In this document: positions 51,823 through 64,000 of the stretch, one piece after another
Numbering within the stretch: position 1 is the first letter of the stretch
Layout: each line of letters starts with the position of its first letter
Assembly (NCBI RefSeq): GCF_044704955.1
Contig: NC_091979.1
Coordinates: 244,156,001 to 244,220,000 of the forward strand
DNA from: Pristiophorus japonicus
Lineage: Eukaryota
Reading direction: 5' to 3'
DNA: 64,000 bases
Made by a program: the position numbers and the translations under genes
Notes under the pieces: model-generated
Database searches by the model: none
The model's input: the letters and a program-made list of their open reading frames with translations, nothing else
What the model was told of the DNA's origin: nothing

Positions 51823-53015
51823 ATTGTTACTTGAACAACCAGTATGGAGCAATCGTCGAAGAATGATAATAATCTGGGGGATCGCATGAGAACAGCAAAC
51901 CCCGGCAGAAGATTGAGATGGAAAAATACAAAAGGAGCTCAGCAGAAAACTATGTGAAGGTATTTCTGACAATATTCTTACTAAAGGTGAAAGGTGACTT
52001 ACCAACGCTCACAGTGCTGGACTCCACAAAATGTTAAAAACAGTCAGAGGGAGGCAGAGACGATTGGGTTGTCGAATAACATTTGGTGGTCAATGAAATG
52101 AAGATGTGAAGTAGAAGGCAGCAATTGCAAAACAGGCATTTAACAAGCGTTACATAGCATCCCGTGGAACATAGGAACAGGAGTAGGCCATTCAGTCCCT
52201 CGAGCCTTTTCCCCTTTGTTAGATCATGGCTGATGTGTATCTTAACTCAATCTACCCGCCTAGGTTCCATAACCCTCAACGCCCATGCCAAACACAAATT
52301 ACAGGGTGTTACACCTGGATCACAAGGCATCCCAGATTACTGGGAATTATAGTTGCATCACAGTACAGCATCCTGCTTCAGTACTCCTCGTACTGTTCAA
52401 TCACACTAGTCCTCAACACTATAGTTTTAAGGGGGCTTCATTTCCTCCATTGCCTGCTATCATTCATTCTCGATATAAATCATTTGAAAACAAAATGTTA
52501 TACTCTTTTTCTATTGCAATGTCTAACAACACAAAGCCCCTTACTTTTCAGGATTAAAGAAAGAATATATTACAACAGTGACACACTTCAAAAATACTTC
52601 ATTGGTTGTAAAGTGCTTTGGGACATCCTGAAGTCATGAATGACGTATAAATGCAAGTCTTTCTTTACTTGTTTTCTCTGATGCTTTACAGCGATGTGTG
52701 ATAAGAATTTTCTTACGTAAGCTTTATGTAAAGTCAGACAACCCATGTCATCTACTTTGAGACATACATTTAGAATTCAGGCAAGTGACCAAGACAGAGT
52801 TTCAGTTAATGTAATTGTGTTAGGAAGTAACACAAGTTTCTCAGAGCTCAATAATCACAGTCTTGCCCCTGTGAGGAGGTTGTGGGTTCAAGACTCATGT
52901 AAATCTAGAAGCTGACCTTTCAGTCCAGTCCAGTCCAGTCCAGAGAGAGTGTTAACTTTGGGTGAAACACCCTATCTGGCAGTTCAGGAGGATGTAAAAG
53001 ATTCTATGGTACTAT

Positions 53016-53478
53016 GTGTCAGCTGTGGCTCAGTGGGTAGCACCCTCACCTCTACGTCAGAAGGTTGTGGGTTCAAGTCCCACTCCAGAGACTTGAGCAC
53101 AAAAATATAGGCTGGCTCTCCAATGCAGTGCTGAGGGAGTGCTGCACCTTTGGACGTGCCATCTTTCGGATAAGACATTAAACCGAAGCCCTGTTTACCC
53201 TCTCAGGTGGCTGTAGAGGATCCCATGGCACTATTTTGCAGAAAAGAGGGGAGTTATCCCCAGTGTCCTGGCCAATATTTGTCCCTCAATCAACATCACT
53301 AAAAAAAAATGATCTGTGCATTATCACATTGCTGTTTGTGGGAGCTAGCTGTGCATGAAATTGGCTGCCGTGTTTTCTACATGACAACAGTGACTACAAT
53401 CAAAAAAGTACTTCATTGGCCGTAAAGCACTTTGAGGCCAAGGTGGTCGTGAAGGGTGTTATATAAATCCAAGTCCTT
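53016..53478 (+). mobile_element. DeuSINE (SacSINE1-like)
   Basis: Full head, core and tail. Confidence 0.88.
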
Positions 53479-54365
53479 TTTTTAAAAAGGCAACTACCAG
53501 ACATATGTGTTACTCCTAAACTGTAGCAACCTTTCAGCAAAGCACAACTTGTTTTTAGTTAAAGGTGCCACCTTGTGGTCATTAACAGTGCCTATAATGT
53601 TCTGCTGCAGTGGTCTCATTTTGTTCTCTCCTCCCCCCGCGTTCCTGCTGGAATAGAGTTTCTCGAGTGCCAGTTGCTCTGTCATGTAGCTATTATTCAT
53701 GTCTGAACCCTCATAGTATCGGCAGGCTAATCAACTGCAAAGGCATCACAGCTGAATATGATGCTGATCTCATTCGCAATTATCCATTTACACTGCCTGC
53801 TTCAATAGTCTTCCTATTAACTTCTTCAACAACTTTATTATCTTTTGTGTGAAAAGGTTCCACCTGACTTCCCTTCTTACTCCTACTTACTAATTTTTAA
53901 CTTGTGTAACCTGGTATCTGAACCCTTCGCCACAGCAAACAATTTGCCTGGATTACTTTTGTTAATCCTCTTTAGAATCCTGCGCAATTCAATGAGATCA
54001 CCTCCTCTTTCCCAAAGAAAACAAGTTCAACCTCCTTAACCTTTCTTTGCAACTTAAATTTGTTGACAACCAGTCATCTTTGATGCTTGCCGTTGTACTT
54101 TCTCAAGGTTATTAATGTCTGTGCTTAGCATAGTTATTATCACTACAGATAATTACAAGGCACGAGCATACCATTGGACTACATGTTATTATGTGTTCAC
54201 AGGACGTGGGCAAGGCCTTACTTAGCGTGGCCTGTCTCTAGTTGCCCTCAAATGGTGGTGGGCTTTTCCCTTGAACCACTGCTGCTCCCACTATGGTGTT
54301 GGACAGGGCTGTCTGATTTTTTTATCTCCATTATTTTTTTAACTTTGCAGTGATTATTAACAACT

Positions 54366-55024
54366 GAGGAGTGGAAATTCGGTCTTCTGCCACCCCTCTT
54401 AGCGCCCCGGAGGGGCGGCAATGGCAGCGGGAGGCACTTGCGCCTGGGCGGCCAGCTTCCAGCACCCTGCCGGGACATTCGGTGCTGGTATCAGGTTGAG
54501 GGTGGGGGGGGGGTGGCGGAGCAGTACTGCCTGGGATAGGCGGGCCAGTGTGCAACGCCCCTGGTTGCGACACTGGCTACATTTTTGGCTGCCGCCCGAC
54601 CCGTAGTGCTCTGTAGCGCCCCCGGTGGGACCGCCTGTGAAAGTGGGCGGTCCGAGGTGTAGCGGCCGCAGTGAGGTAAGTAATGTCCACCTCAGGCAAG
54701 TGTGATTGTTATTTTTTGTTGCGATTTATGTTGTGGTGGCGTGAGCTATGGATTAGGAATGTTTTTGATGGGTTTTTTTCTGGTCGCCCCCGCCAGGCCT
54801 CTGTTATGGTGCTCTGGGGCCGGCTGTTTAGCTCGGGATTTTCCCTTGTTCAGCCGGCCCAGCACCCTAAAAGCGGTGTGCAACACCTCCCTTAGCGCTC
54901 CGCTCCAAACTCCAGGCCCAGATGATGAATTTTGCGGCGGCAGTACGCAAACCATTTGCCGACGCAAAATTTACTGCTCCACCCGGGACACCGTCCCAAC
55001 TGATTCGAGACCGAATTTCTCCTC
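54366..55024. mobile_element. Harbinger-like MITE
   Basis: TIR core gaaattcggtct / agaccgaatttc. CpG-rich interior. Confidence 0.7.
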
Positions 55025-55422
55025 AAGTGTCTTGTTTGGCCACTTCATGGAGAATTTAGTCAACTGCAGTGGAGGACTGAAGTCTTGCTTAGGCCAGACA
55101 AGTAGGGGAGGAAGGCTCTCTTTCTTGAAGATCATTAGTGAACCAACTGGCTTCTTAAACAATGATCTGGGAGCAGATTTATTACATTTCATTTCACAAC
55201 ATGCAGGGTGGGATTTGAACTCATAGGCCTCGATTGTAACACTCCCCAACCCTCCAGCCGACTGAACGAAAATGATGAGGGGTTGTTAGGCTGAGTTAAT
55301 TTATCGGCCTGAGGTTGCTCCATTCCCAATGTGTCCTGTCCTTGCACTTCAGCTGCATTTCGCAAGAAAAAAAAGTGATCTGTAAAGTCATTGCTGGAAT
55401 TAACACATTTCGTCATCACCGA

Positions 55423-58400
55423 TGTTAAGTATGAAAGAACTCCACAAGACTGAGTACTGTGAGCTAAAACTGATGTGACCTTAGTCTCTTTAATACAACT
55501 CCAGAGTGCCGAAGCAGCCTGGCAGACAACCTTTTATACTCCCTTGCACGAGGTGTGCAGGTGACCCTTGGGCCTCCAACAGTTGCACCCTCTGGTGGCA
55601 AGTCTTACACAGTTACAATGTTTCCATACATAACATCACTCCCCCGCCCCCCAAATTATTTACAAGTTGAGACGATCCGGGGTCCTACATTCCCTGGTTG
55701 ATCGTCCGAGTTAAAACCCTGGCATGGGTGAGTTGGTCGGACCATTGCTGCACTGCGGCGCGGCTGGTCTGATGGGACTGTTGGGAATGGTGGGTTCATC
55801 CTCTTGATTGACAGTGAGGTCGATTGCTGGTTGGGTGTGTGTTGGTGGATCGATGGTGATGTCCTCTTCCAGTTGTTCCTGGCGGTCGGTGAACCGCAGT
55901 TTGGTCTGATCCAAATGGTTTCTGCACGTTTGTCCATAAATACTCCATTCCCCTCCTTGGCCAAGACAGTGCTAGCGACCCATTTAGGACCATGACCGTA
56001 ATTAAGGACAAACACAGGGTCGTTAACATCAATGTCGCGCGATACAGCCGTGCGATCATGGTACATGTTTTGCCGGTGACGCCAGGTTTCCACATGATCA
56101 TTTAGATCCGGGTGGACTAAGGAGAGCCTGGTTTTGAGTGCTCTCTTCATTAACAATTCTGCACAGGGAACCCCAGTGAGCGAGTAGGGTCGCGTCCGGT
56201 AGCTGAGCAGAACTCAAGTTAAGCGGGTCTGCAAGGAGCCTTCCGTCACGCATTTCAAGGTCTGCTTGATAGTTTGGACTGCCCGTTCCGCTTGACTGTT
56301 GGATGGTGGCTTAAACGGGGCGGACCTGACATGCTTGATGCTATTGCGGATCATAAACTTGAATTCCGAGCTTGTGAAACACGGTCCATTGTCACTGACA
56401 AGGATGTCGGGCAAGCCATGGGTGGCGAACATAGCCCGGAGGCTTTCAATGGTGGCAATGGATGTGCTGGATGACATGATTACAACATTCAATCCATTTA
56501 GAGTAAGCGTCCACTACAATTAAAAACATCTTTCCGAGAAAGGGGCCAACAAAATCTACGTGGATCCTGGACCAAGGTTTGGAGGGCTATGACCACAGAC
56601 TCAATGGAGCCTCCCTTGGTGCATTGCTCAATTGTGAGCATGCGGTGCACTGGTGTACGCATGACTCTAAGTCCGAGTCAATGCCGGGCCACCAAACATG
56701 AGACCTGGCTATAGCCTTCATCATGACTATGCCTGGGTGGGTACTGTGTAGGTCGTGTATAAACGTTTCCCTGCCTTTCTTTTGGCAAAACCATGCGATT
56801 ACCCCATAAGAGACAATCCGACTGGATGGACATTTCATCTTTGCGTCGGTGAAACGGCTTAATTTCATGTTGCATTTCATCAGGAACGGCCGACCAGCTC
56901 CCATTAAGGACGCAACTTTTTACAAGTGATAGCACAGGATCCTGGCTGGTCCAGGTCCTGATCTGGCAAGCAGTGACGAGTGACCCCTCGCTCTCAAAAG
57001 CATCCATGACCAGAAGGAAATCTGCGGGCTGCACCATTTCCACCCCGGTAGTGGGCAATGGTAGCCGACTGAGGGCATCAGTACATTCTCCGTGCCTGGT
57101 CTGTGGCGGATAACATAGTCATAGGCAGACAATGTTAGTGCCCATCTTTGGATGCGGGACGAAGCATTGGTGTTTATACCTTTGCTTTCTGAAAACAGCA
57201 AAATGAGCGGTTTGTGGTCAGTTTCAAGCTCAAACTGAAGTCCAAATAGGTATTGGTGCATTTTCTTAACCCCATATACACATGCTAACGCCTCTTTCTC
57301 AACCATATTGTAGGTTCTTTCAGCCTTAGATAGATTTCTAGACGTGTATACAACCGGTTGAAGTTTGCCCAATACATTGGTTTGCAGTAACACACTCCTG
57401 TACATCTCCTGTACGAAGATACACCACAAGCTAGCACTAATCGTTTACACGGATCATGCAGTACAAGTAACTTATTAGAACAAAGTAGGTTTCTGGCCTT
57501 CTCAAAGGCTGTCTCTTGAAATTTACCCCAAACCCAGTCGACACCTTTACGTAGCAATATGTGCAACGGTTCCAGCAAAGTGCTTAACCCGGGTAGAAAG
57601 TTACCAAAATAGTTGAGGAGTCCCAGGAACGAACGCAGCTCCATCACATTCTGTGGTCTGGGTGCATTCTTGATGGCCTCTGTCTTTGAGTCCGTGGATC
57701 TGATGCCATCTGCCACAATCTTTCTCCCCAAAAATTCGACCTCTGGCGCCAGGAAAACACACTTGGAGCGTTTCAGCCTGAGTCCCACTCTGTCTAGTCG
57801 ACTTAGAATCTCTTCCAGCTTGTGCAGGTGTTCGGAGGTGTCACAACCGGTGATCAGGGTGTTGTCTTGAAACAAAACGGTGTATGGAACCGATTTCAGC
57901 AGACTCTCCATGTTCCTCTGGAAGATGGCAGCAGCCGAGCGAATCCCAAAAGAGCATCTGTGGTATATAAACAGTCCTTTGTGCATGTTGATGCACGTCA
58001 ATCTTTTCGAAGATTCAGCCAGCTCTTGTGTCATGTAGGCGGAGATTAGGTCCAACTTGGTGAACGACTTCCCCCCCGCTAACGTTGTGAACAGGTCATC
58101 CATCTTGGGTAGTGGGTACTGGTCTTGTAACGAGACTCGGTTGATCGTTATCTTGTAGTCTTCGCAGATTCTGACCGTGCAATCGCTTTTCAACACCGGA
58201 AGAATCGGACTGGCCCATTCGTTGAACTCGATTGGCGATATGATTCCCTCTCGTTGAAGTCTGTTCAGTTTGATTTCGACTTTCTTCCTCATCATATATG
58301 GAACCGCTCGAACTTTGTAATGAACGGGCCTTGCATCGGGAACTAGATAGATCTGCACCTTGGCACCTGTGAAGTTGCCGATGCCTGGTTCAAATAGTGA

Positions 58401-59360
58401 CGGAAACTTGCTCAGCACTTGGGCGCACGAGGCATCATCCACTGAAGATAGTGCTTTGATGTCGTCCCAGTTCCATCGAATCTTTCCCAGCCAGCTTCTG
58501 CCGAATAGCGTTGGGCCATCGCCTAGTATAATCCACAGTGATAAATCATGCACAGCTCCATTGTGCAATACCTTAACTGCCGCACTGCCAATGACAGGTA
58601 TGAGCTCTTTGATGTAGGTGCGCAGCTCTGTCTGAATCGGGCTCAGTTTGGGCCTTTGTGCCTTGTTGCCCCACAGTTTCTCAAAAGCCTTCTGTTTCAT
58701 AATTGAGTAACTCGCCCCCGTGTCCAACTCCATTGATACCGGAATACCGTTCAATTTGACTTTCAACATGATAGGAGGGCTCTTGGTGGTGAAGGTGTGT
58801 ACCCCATACACTTCTTCCTTGGGTTGAGTTGCCTCTCTTGTTTGTTCTGCGTGGTCCGCGCCGGATCGATCATCCTCTGCCAACTCTGCCACGTGGTGAG
58901 TCGCAGCACTCTTGCACATTCGCTGGAGGTGCCCCATTGTTTCACATCCTTTGCACACGTCGTGCTTGAATCAACATTGATAAGCTCGATGATTACCACC
59001 CCCCGTCCCCCAGCGCTAACATGGTGCTAATGGATTTGCATTCAAGCCCGATGGCGGATTCTGAGTCATCCTAGGTCTTGCAGCTGCAGACGTGTAGGTC
59101 CTGCCATATGCAGTGCTGCCTGCTAGCGACGTTATTTTATGCACAGTACTTGCCAGTGAGCTTCGATGCTGGGAAGATATTTGTCTGGTATTATCGCTCA
59201 TGGATATGAATGCCTGGGCTATCGTGATGGGCTTGCTCAGGTCTAGGGATTCGGCGGACAGCAGCTTGCAAAGAATGACCTCGTGGCCGATGTCCCACAG
59301 CATTTCCCCCCAAAATCCATCAAATTCGCAAGTTCCCTCAAGGCGCCTCAGGTCGGCGAT
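55423..59360 (-). mobile_element. Gypsy LTR retrotransposon (3' LTR, IN, RH, RT, PR, part of gag), 5' part interrupted
   Basis: LTR 55423-55635 and adjacent PPT. Integrase (LHSTHPGI..MK..ARS.VWWP, VSDNGP.F.S.EF, SNSQAERAVQT). RNase H (LETDHKPL). RT (KLDL.SAY, FQDN.LI). PR MELDTGAS. CKGC...GHL knuckle. Confidence 0.93.
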
Positions 59361-62300
59361 GTGTATCTGTAAAGCATGCACTCCCATGTTCCGCCAACAG
59401 GGCGCTCAACCCCTGAAGTCCCAAGGGATCCCAGCATCCCTTGGGAGCACTGTATATAAGCCAGCTCCTAAGGCCTGTTCCTCACTCTGGAGTGTCCTTT
59501 TGAAGACTGAGGTCACTGTTACTTTAACCTCCGTGTGCAGCCTCATCTGTGTTAGGAACACAATAACTGGCGACGAGAATACGAATCCAACGCAAAGATG
59601 CAGCAAACTGTGGGCATCCTGGAGAAGTTCTCGGAGGGTGAGGACTGGGAAGCCTATGTCGAACGGCTAGACCAGTACTTTGTAGCCAACGAGCTGGACG
59701 GAGAAGGAAGCGCTGCAAAAAGGAGAGCGGTCCTCCTCACAGTCTCCGGGGCACCGACCTACAGCCTCATGAAGAATCTTCTGGCTCTGGTGAAACCCAC
59801 AGATAAGTCGTATGAGGAGCTGTGTACACTAGCATCGGGAACATCTTAACCCGAGGGAGAGCGTGCTGATGGCGAGGTATCGGTTCTACAAATGCCAGCG
59901 ATCTGAAGGTCAGGAAGTGGCGAGCTATGTCGCCGAGCTAAGGCGACTTGCAGGACAATGTGAGTTGGCTGGCTACCTGCAGCAAATGCTCAGGGACTTT
60001 TTTGTACTGGGCATTGGCCACGAGACCATCCTACGAAAACTTTTGACTGTAGAGACACTGACCCTCAGTAAGGCCATTGCGATAGCACAGACGTTTATGT
60101 CCACCAGTGATAACACCAAACAAATCTCTCAGCACACAAGTGCGAGCAATGTTCATAAATTAATTGGAACTGTGTTTGCGAGCAGAAATGTACAGGGCAG
60201 ATCCCACGAGTCTGCAACTGCCAGCAGGCCTCAGGTGACCCAGATGACTCAGAGTCCCCAACAAAGGATGAATGCAAGGCAATTCACACCTTGTTGACGT
60301 TGTGGAGGCTTCCATTCAGCCTATTCATGCCGCTTCAAAGGATATGTTTGCAAGAGCTGTGGAACAATGGGGCACCTCCAACGAGCTTGCAAACAAGCTG
60401 CAAGCTCTGCAAAACCTGCTAACCACCACGTGGCAGAGGAAGATTGGCCCATGGTGGATCAAAGCAATTTAGAGCCTCAGAGAGAGGAGGCAGATGCTGA
60501 AGTACACGGGTGCACATATTTTCGACGAAATGTCCACCTATAATGCTAAACGTAAAATTGAATGGCTTACCCGTAGCCATGGAACTGGACACTGACGCTA
60601 GCCAATCCATCATGAGTAAAAAGATGTTTGAGAGACTGTGGTGCAACAAGGCATTCAGACCAGCCCTGAGCCCTATCCACACGAAATTGAGAATGTACAC
60701 CAAAGAGCTCATCACTGTCCTGGGGAGCGCCATGGTCAAGGTCACCTATGAGGGCACAGTGCACGAATTGCCACTCTGGATTGTCCCGGGCGATGGCCCC
60801 ACACTGCTTGGAAGGAGCTGGCTGGGCAAAATCCGCTGGAACTGGGATGACATCCGAGTGCTATCACATGTCGATAAGGCCTCATGTACCCAGGTTCTTA
60901 ACAAATTTCCTTCCCTTTTTGAGCCAGGCATTGGAAACTTTTCCGGGGCGAAGGTGTGGATCCACTTGGTCCCAGAGGCATGACCCATTCACCACAAGGC
61001 GCGAGCGGTACCTCACATGATGAGGGAGAGAGTGGAAATCGAGCTGGACAGGCTGCAACGCGAGGGCATCATCTCTCTAATAGAATTCAGCAAGTGGGCC
61101 AGCCCGATTGTTCCAATACGCAAAAGTGATGGCACGGTCGGGATTTGCGGCGATTATAAAGTAACTATTAATCATTTCTCGCTACAGGACCAATACCTGC
61201 TCCCTAAGGCAGACGACCTATTTGTGACGCTGGCAGGAGGCAAGACTTTCACCAAGCTCGACCTGACTTCGGCCTAGATGACGCAGGAGCTGGAGGAGTC
61301 TTCGAAGGGCCTCACCTGCATCAACACACACAAGGGACTGTTCATCTACAACAGATGCCCATTTGGAATTCGGTCGGCTGCAGCGATCTTCCAGAGAAAC
61401 ATGGAGAGGCTACTCAAGTCGGTACCACACACAGTGGTCTTTCAGGACGACATATTGGTCACGGGTCGGGACACCGCCGAGCACCTACAAAACCTGGAGG
61501 AGGTCCTCCAGCGACTGGATCGCGTAGGGCTGGGGATGAAGAGGTCGAAAAGCGTCTTCATGGCAACAGAAGTGGAGTTTTTGGGGAGAAAGATCACGGC
61601 GGATGGCATTCGGCCCACAGACGCCAAGACAGAGGCTATCAGGAATGCGCCCAGGCCACAGAACGTCACAGAGCTGAGGTCATTCCTGGGACTCCTCAAA
61701 TATTTTGGTAACTTCCTACCGGGGTTAAGCACCCTCTTAGAGCCCCTACATGTGTTATTGCGCAAAGGTGAGAACTGGGTATGGGGAAAAAAACCAAGTA
61801 ATTGCTTTTGAGAAAGCCAGAAACATTTTATGCTCCAACAAGCTGCTTGTATTGTATAACCCGTCTAAAATACTTGTGCTAGCATGTGACGCGTTGTCGT
61901 ACGGAGTCGGGTGTGTATTACAACAAGCTAACATTGCGGGGAAGTTGCAACCTGTCGCCTATGCTTCCAGGAGATTGTCTAAGGCCAAGAGGGCCTACAG
62001 CATGATTGAGAAAGAGGCATTAGTGTGTGTGTTCGGGGTAAAGAAAATGCATCAGTACCTGTTTGGCCTCAAATTTGAGCTGGAAACCGATCACAAGCGC
62101 CTCACATCCCTGTTTGCTGAAAACAAGGAGATAAATACTAATGCCTCAGCCCACATACAAAGGTGGGCACTCGCGCTATCCGCGTATAACTATACCATCC
62201 GCCACAGGCCAGGCACCGAGAACTGTGCAGATGCTCTCAGTCGGCTACCATTGCCCACCACGGGGGTGGAAATGGCGCAGCCTGTAAACTTGTTGATGGT

Positions 62301-62588
62301 GGCGCAGCCCGCAGACTTGTTGATGGTCATGGAAGCGTTTGAAAATGATAAATCACCTGTCACGGCCCGCCAGATTAGGACTTGGGCCAGCCAAGATCCT
62401 CTGCTGTCCCTAGTCAAAAACTGTGTACTGCATGGGAGCTGGGCCAGCATCCCGTTGAAATGCAAGAGCCAATCAAGCCATTCCAGTGGCGAAAGGACGA
62501 GCTGTCCATTCAGGCAGACTGCCTGTTGTGGGGCAACCGCGTAGTGCTACCAAAAAACGGCAGGGAGACGTTCATCTCGGATCTCCAC
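59360..62588 (+). mobile_element. Gypsy LTR retrotransposon (5' LTR, gag, PR, RT, RH), interrupted before integrase
   Basis: LTR ~59360-59565 and PBS TGGCGACGAG at 59568. Gag from 59598. PR MELDTDAS, RT VFQDDILV, RH LACDA.SYGVG...ETDHK. Several stops and frameshifts. Confidence 0.93.
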
Positions 62589-63452
62589 TGTCATGTATCT
62601 TACATTATTATATATAACTGTATCCTAACATGCTATACATGACTGTAATAAGATATGCCCTGTAACCACCAGCATACCTTACCACCAGGGGTGCACTTGC
62701 AAGAGACAGCTATATAAGGACAGGTCTCAGGCAAGTGCAGCATTGCAGAGCTGTGAAATAAAGGTGCAGGTCCAGAGTGACCTTGACTTCACTACACGCC
62801 TCGTGTGAATCTGTACTGAGGGGACAGGACTTTACAGTGGTGACGAGTTACGGGATTACAGAATCCACAGAATGGCGAACAACGGATCAGATGAAAAGTA
62901 CAATGCGGGAGACAATTGGGAGGACTTTATAGAAAGGCTCCAGCAAAGCTTTGTAACCAAAGACTGTAAGGCAACGATAAGGCAGTCAAGAGAAGAGCCC
63001 ATATCTTGACCAGCTGTGGCTCGAAAACATACGCTTTAATGAAGGATCTGTTGGCACCCGAGAAACCAGCAAGCAAGTCGTTTGAAGAATTGAGCACACT
63101 GGTAAGAGACCACCTGAAGCCAGCGAGCAGCCTACACATGGTCAGACACAGGTTCTACAACTACAGACGCTGTGTGGGCCAGAGCATACCCCACTTTGTG
63201 GCGGAACTTCGGAAGTTGGCTAGTTTATGTGAGTTCTCCGATGAACTGAGAAGAGAAATGCTGAGAGACTTTTTCATTGAAGGAATAGGCCACGCAGGCA
63301 TATTCCGAAAGCTCATAGAGACCAAGAACCTGACCTTAGAGGCAGCAGCACTGGTTGCACAGACATTCTTGGTAGGGGAAGAAGAAACGAGGTTGATTTA
63401 TAATGCAGGCACGACAACTAATGAAATATTGGAACAAGAGGTTCACAGCACA
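62589..63452 (+). mobile_element. Gypsy element: 5' LTR and gag
   Basis: LTR 62589-62836 (TG...CA) and PBS TGGTGACGAG at 62838. Gag MANNGSDEKYNAGDNWEDFIERL from 62872, continuing in ORF 63006. Confidence 0.9.
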
Positions 63453-64000
63453 GAGAGGCGGGAGTCGAGAGAGGCAGCGGCCTATAAAAGGCTCAGCAGT
63501 CCGGGGAGAGTCGAGAGAGGCGGGAGTCGAGAGAGGCAGCGGCATATAAAAGGCTCAGCAGTCCGGGGAGCGTCGAGAGACGCGGGAGTCGAGAGAGGCA
63601 GCGGCCTATAAAAGGCTCAGCAGTCCGGGGAGCGTCGAGAGACGCGGGAGTCGAGAGAGGCAGCGGCCTATAAAAGGCTCAGCAGTCCGGGGAGCGTCGA
63701 GAGAGGCAGCGGCCTATAAAAGGCTCAGCAGTCCGGGGAGCGTCGAGAGAGGCGGGAGTCGAGAGAGGCAGCGGCCTATAAAAGGCTCAGCAGTCCGGGG
63801 AGCGTCGAGAGAGGCGGGAGTCGAGAGAGGCAGCGGCCTATAAAAGGCTCAGCAGTCCGGGGAGCGTCGAGAGAGGCGGGAGTCGAGAGAGGCAGCGGTC
63901 TATAAAAGGCTCAGCAGTCCGGGGAGCGTCGAGAGAGGCGGGAGTCTAGAGAGGCAGCGGCCTATAAAAGGCTCAGCAGTCCGGGGAGCGTCGAGAGAGG
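63452..64000 (+). repeat. 62-bp tandem array, one TATA box per unit (runs off the window)
   Basis: Unit gagagaggcgggagtcgagagaggcagcggcctataaaaggctcagcagtccggggagcgtc. TATAAAA at 63483, 63545, 63607, 63669, 63715, 63777, 63839, 63901 and 63963 (one 46-bp unit). Confidence 0.95.

Noticed and set aside
57285-58958. 557-aa PR-RT ORF as an active or domesticated gene
   Set aside because: The catalytic motif is mutated (FQDN), and flanking gag/RH/IN are frameshifted, so this is a decayed retrotransposon.
63452-64000. 62-bp array as a CRISPR, or as a real extension of gag ORF 63006-63611
   Set aside because: There are no variable spacers. The ORF simply reads through into the repeat.

Overview
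Repeat-rich vertebrate DNA, most likely from a cartilaginous fish. That assignment is inferred from SacSINE1-like DeuSINEs, abundant CR1/HER1-type LINE tails, RTE and Penelope fragments. The only recognisable host gene is SUFU (Suppressor of fused) on the minus strand: coding exon 1 at 16812-16676 and exon 2 at 4316-4182, with the gene continuing past position 1. Its CpG-rich promoter carries a tandem array of about 12 units, 8 with intact CCAAT boxes. The 47 kb upstream is mostly transposon-derived, and I found no ACTR1A exon there. Highlights: (i) a complete TSD-bounded Gypsy-type element (40636-48246) with gag-protease plus an unknown in-frame extension instead of RT/RNase H/integrase, interrupted by two nested CR1 LINEs; (ii) three further Gypsy elements stacked and ending in a 62-bp TATA-box tandem array (55423-64000); (iii) a CTCF-like motif upstream of the TATA box in all four LTR families; (iv) Penelope ends with minimal hammerhead-ribozyme cores; (v) Harbinger-like and pogo/Tigger-like MITEs. 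Repeat boundaries were read by eye and are approximate unless termini or TSDs are quoted.
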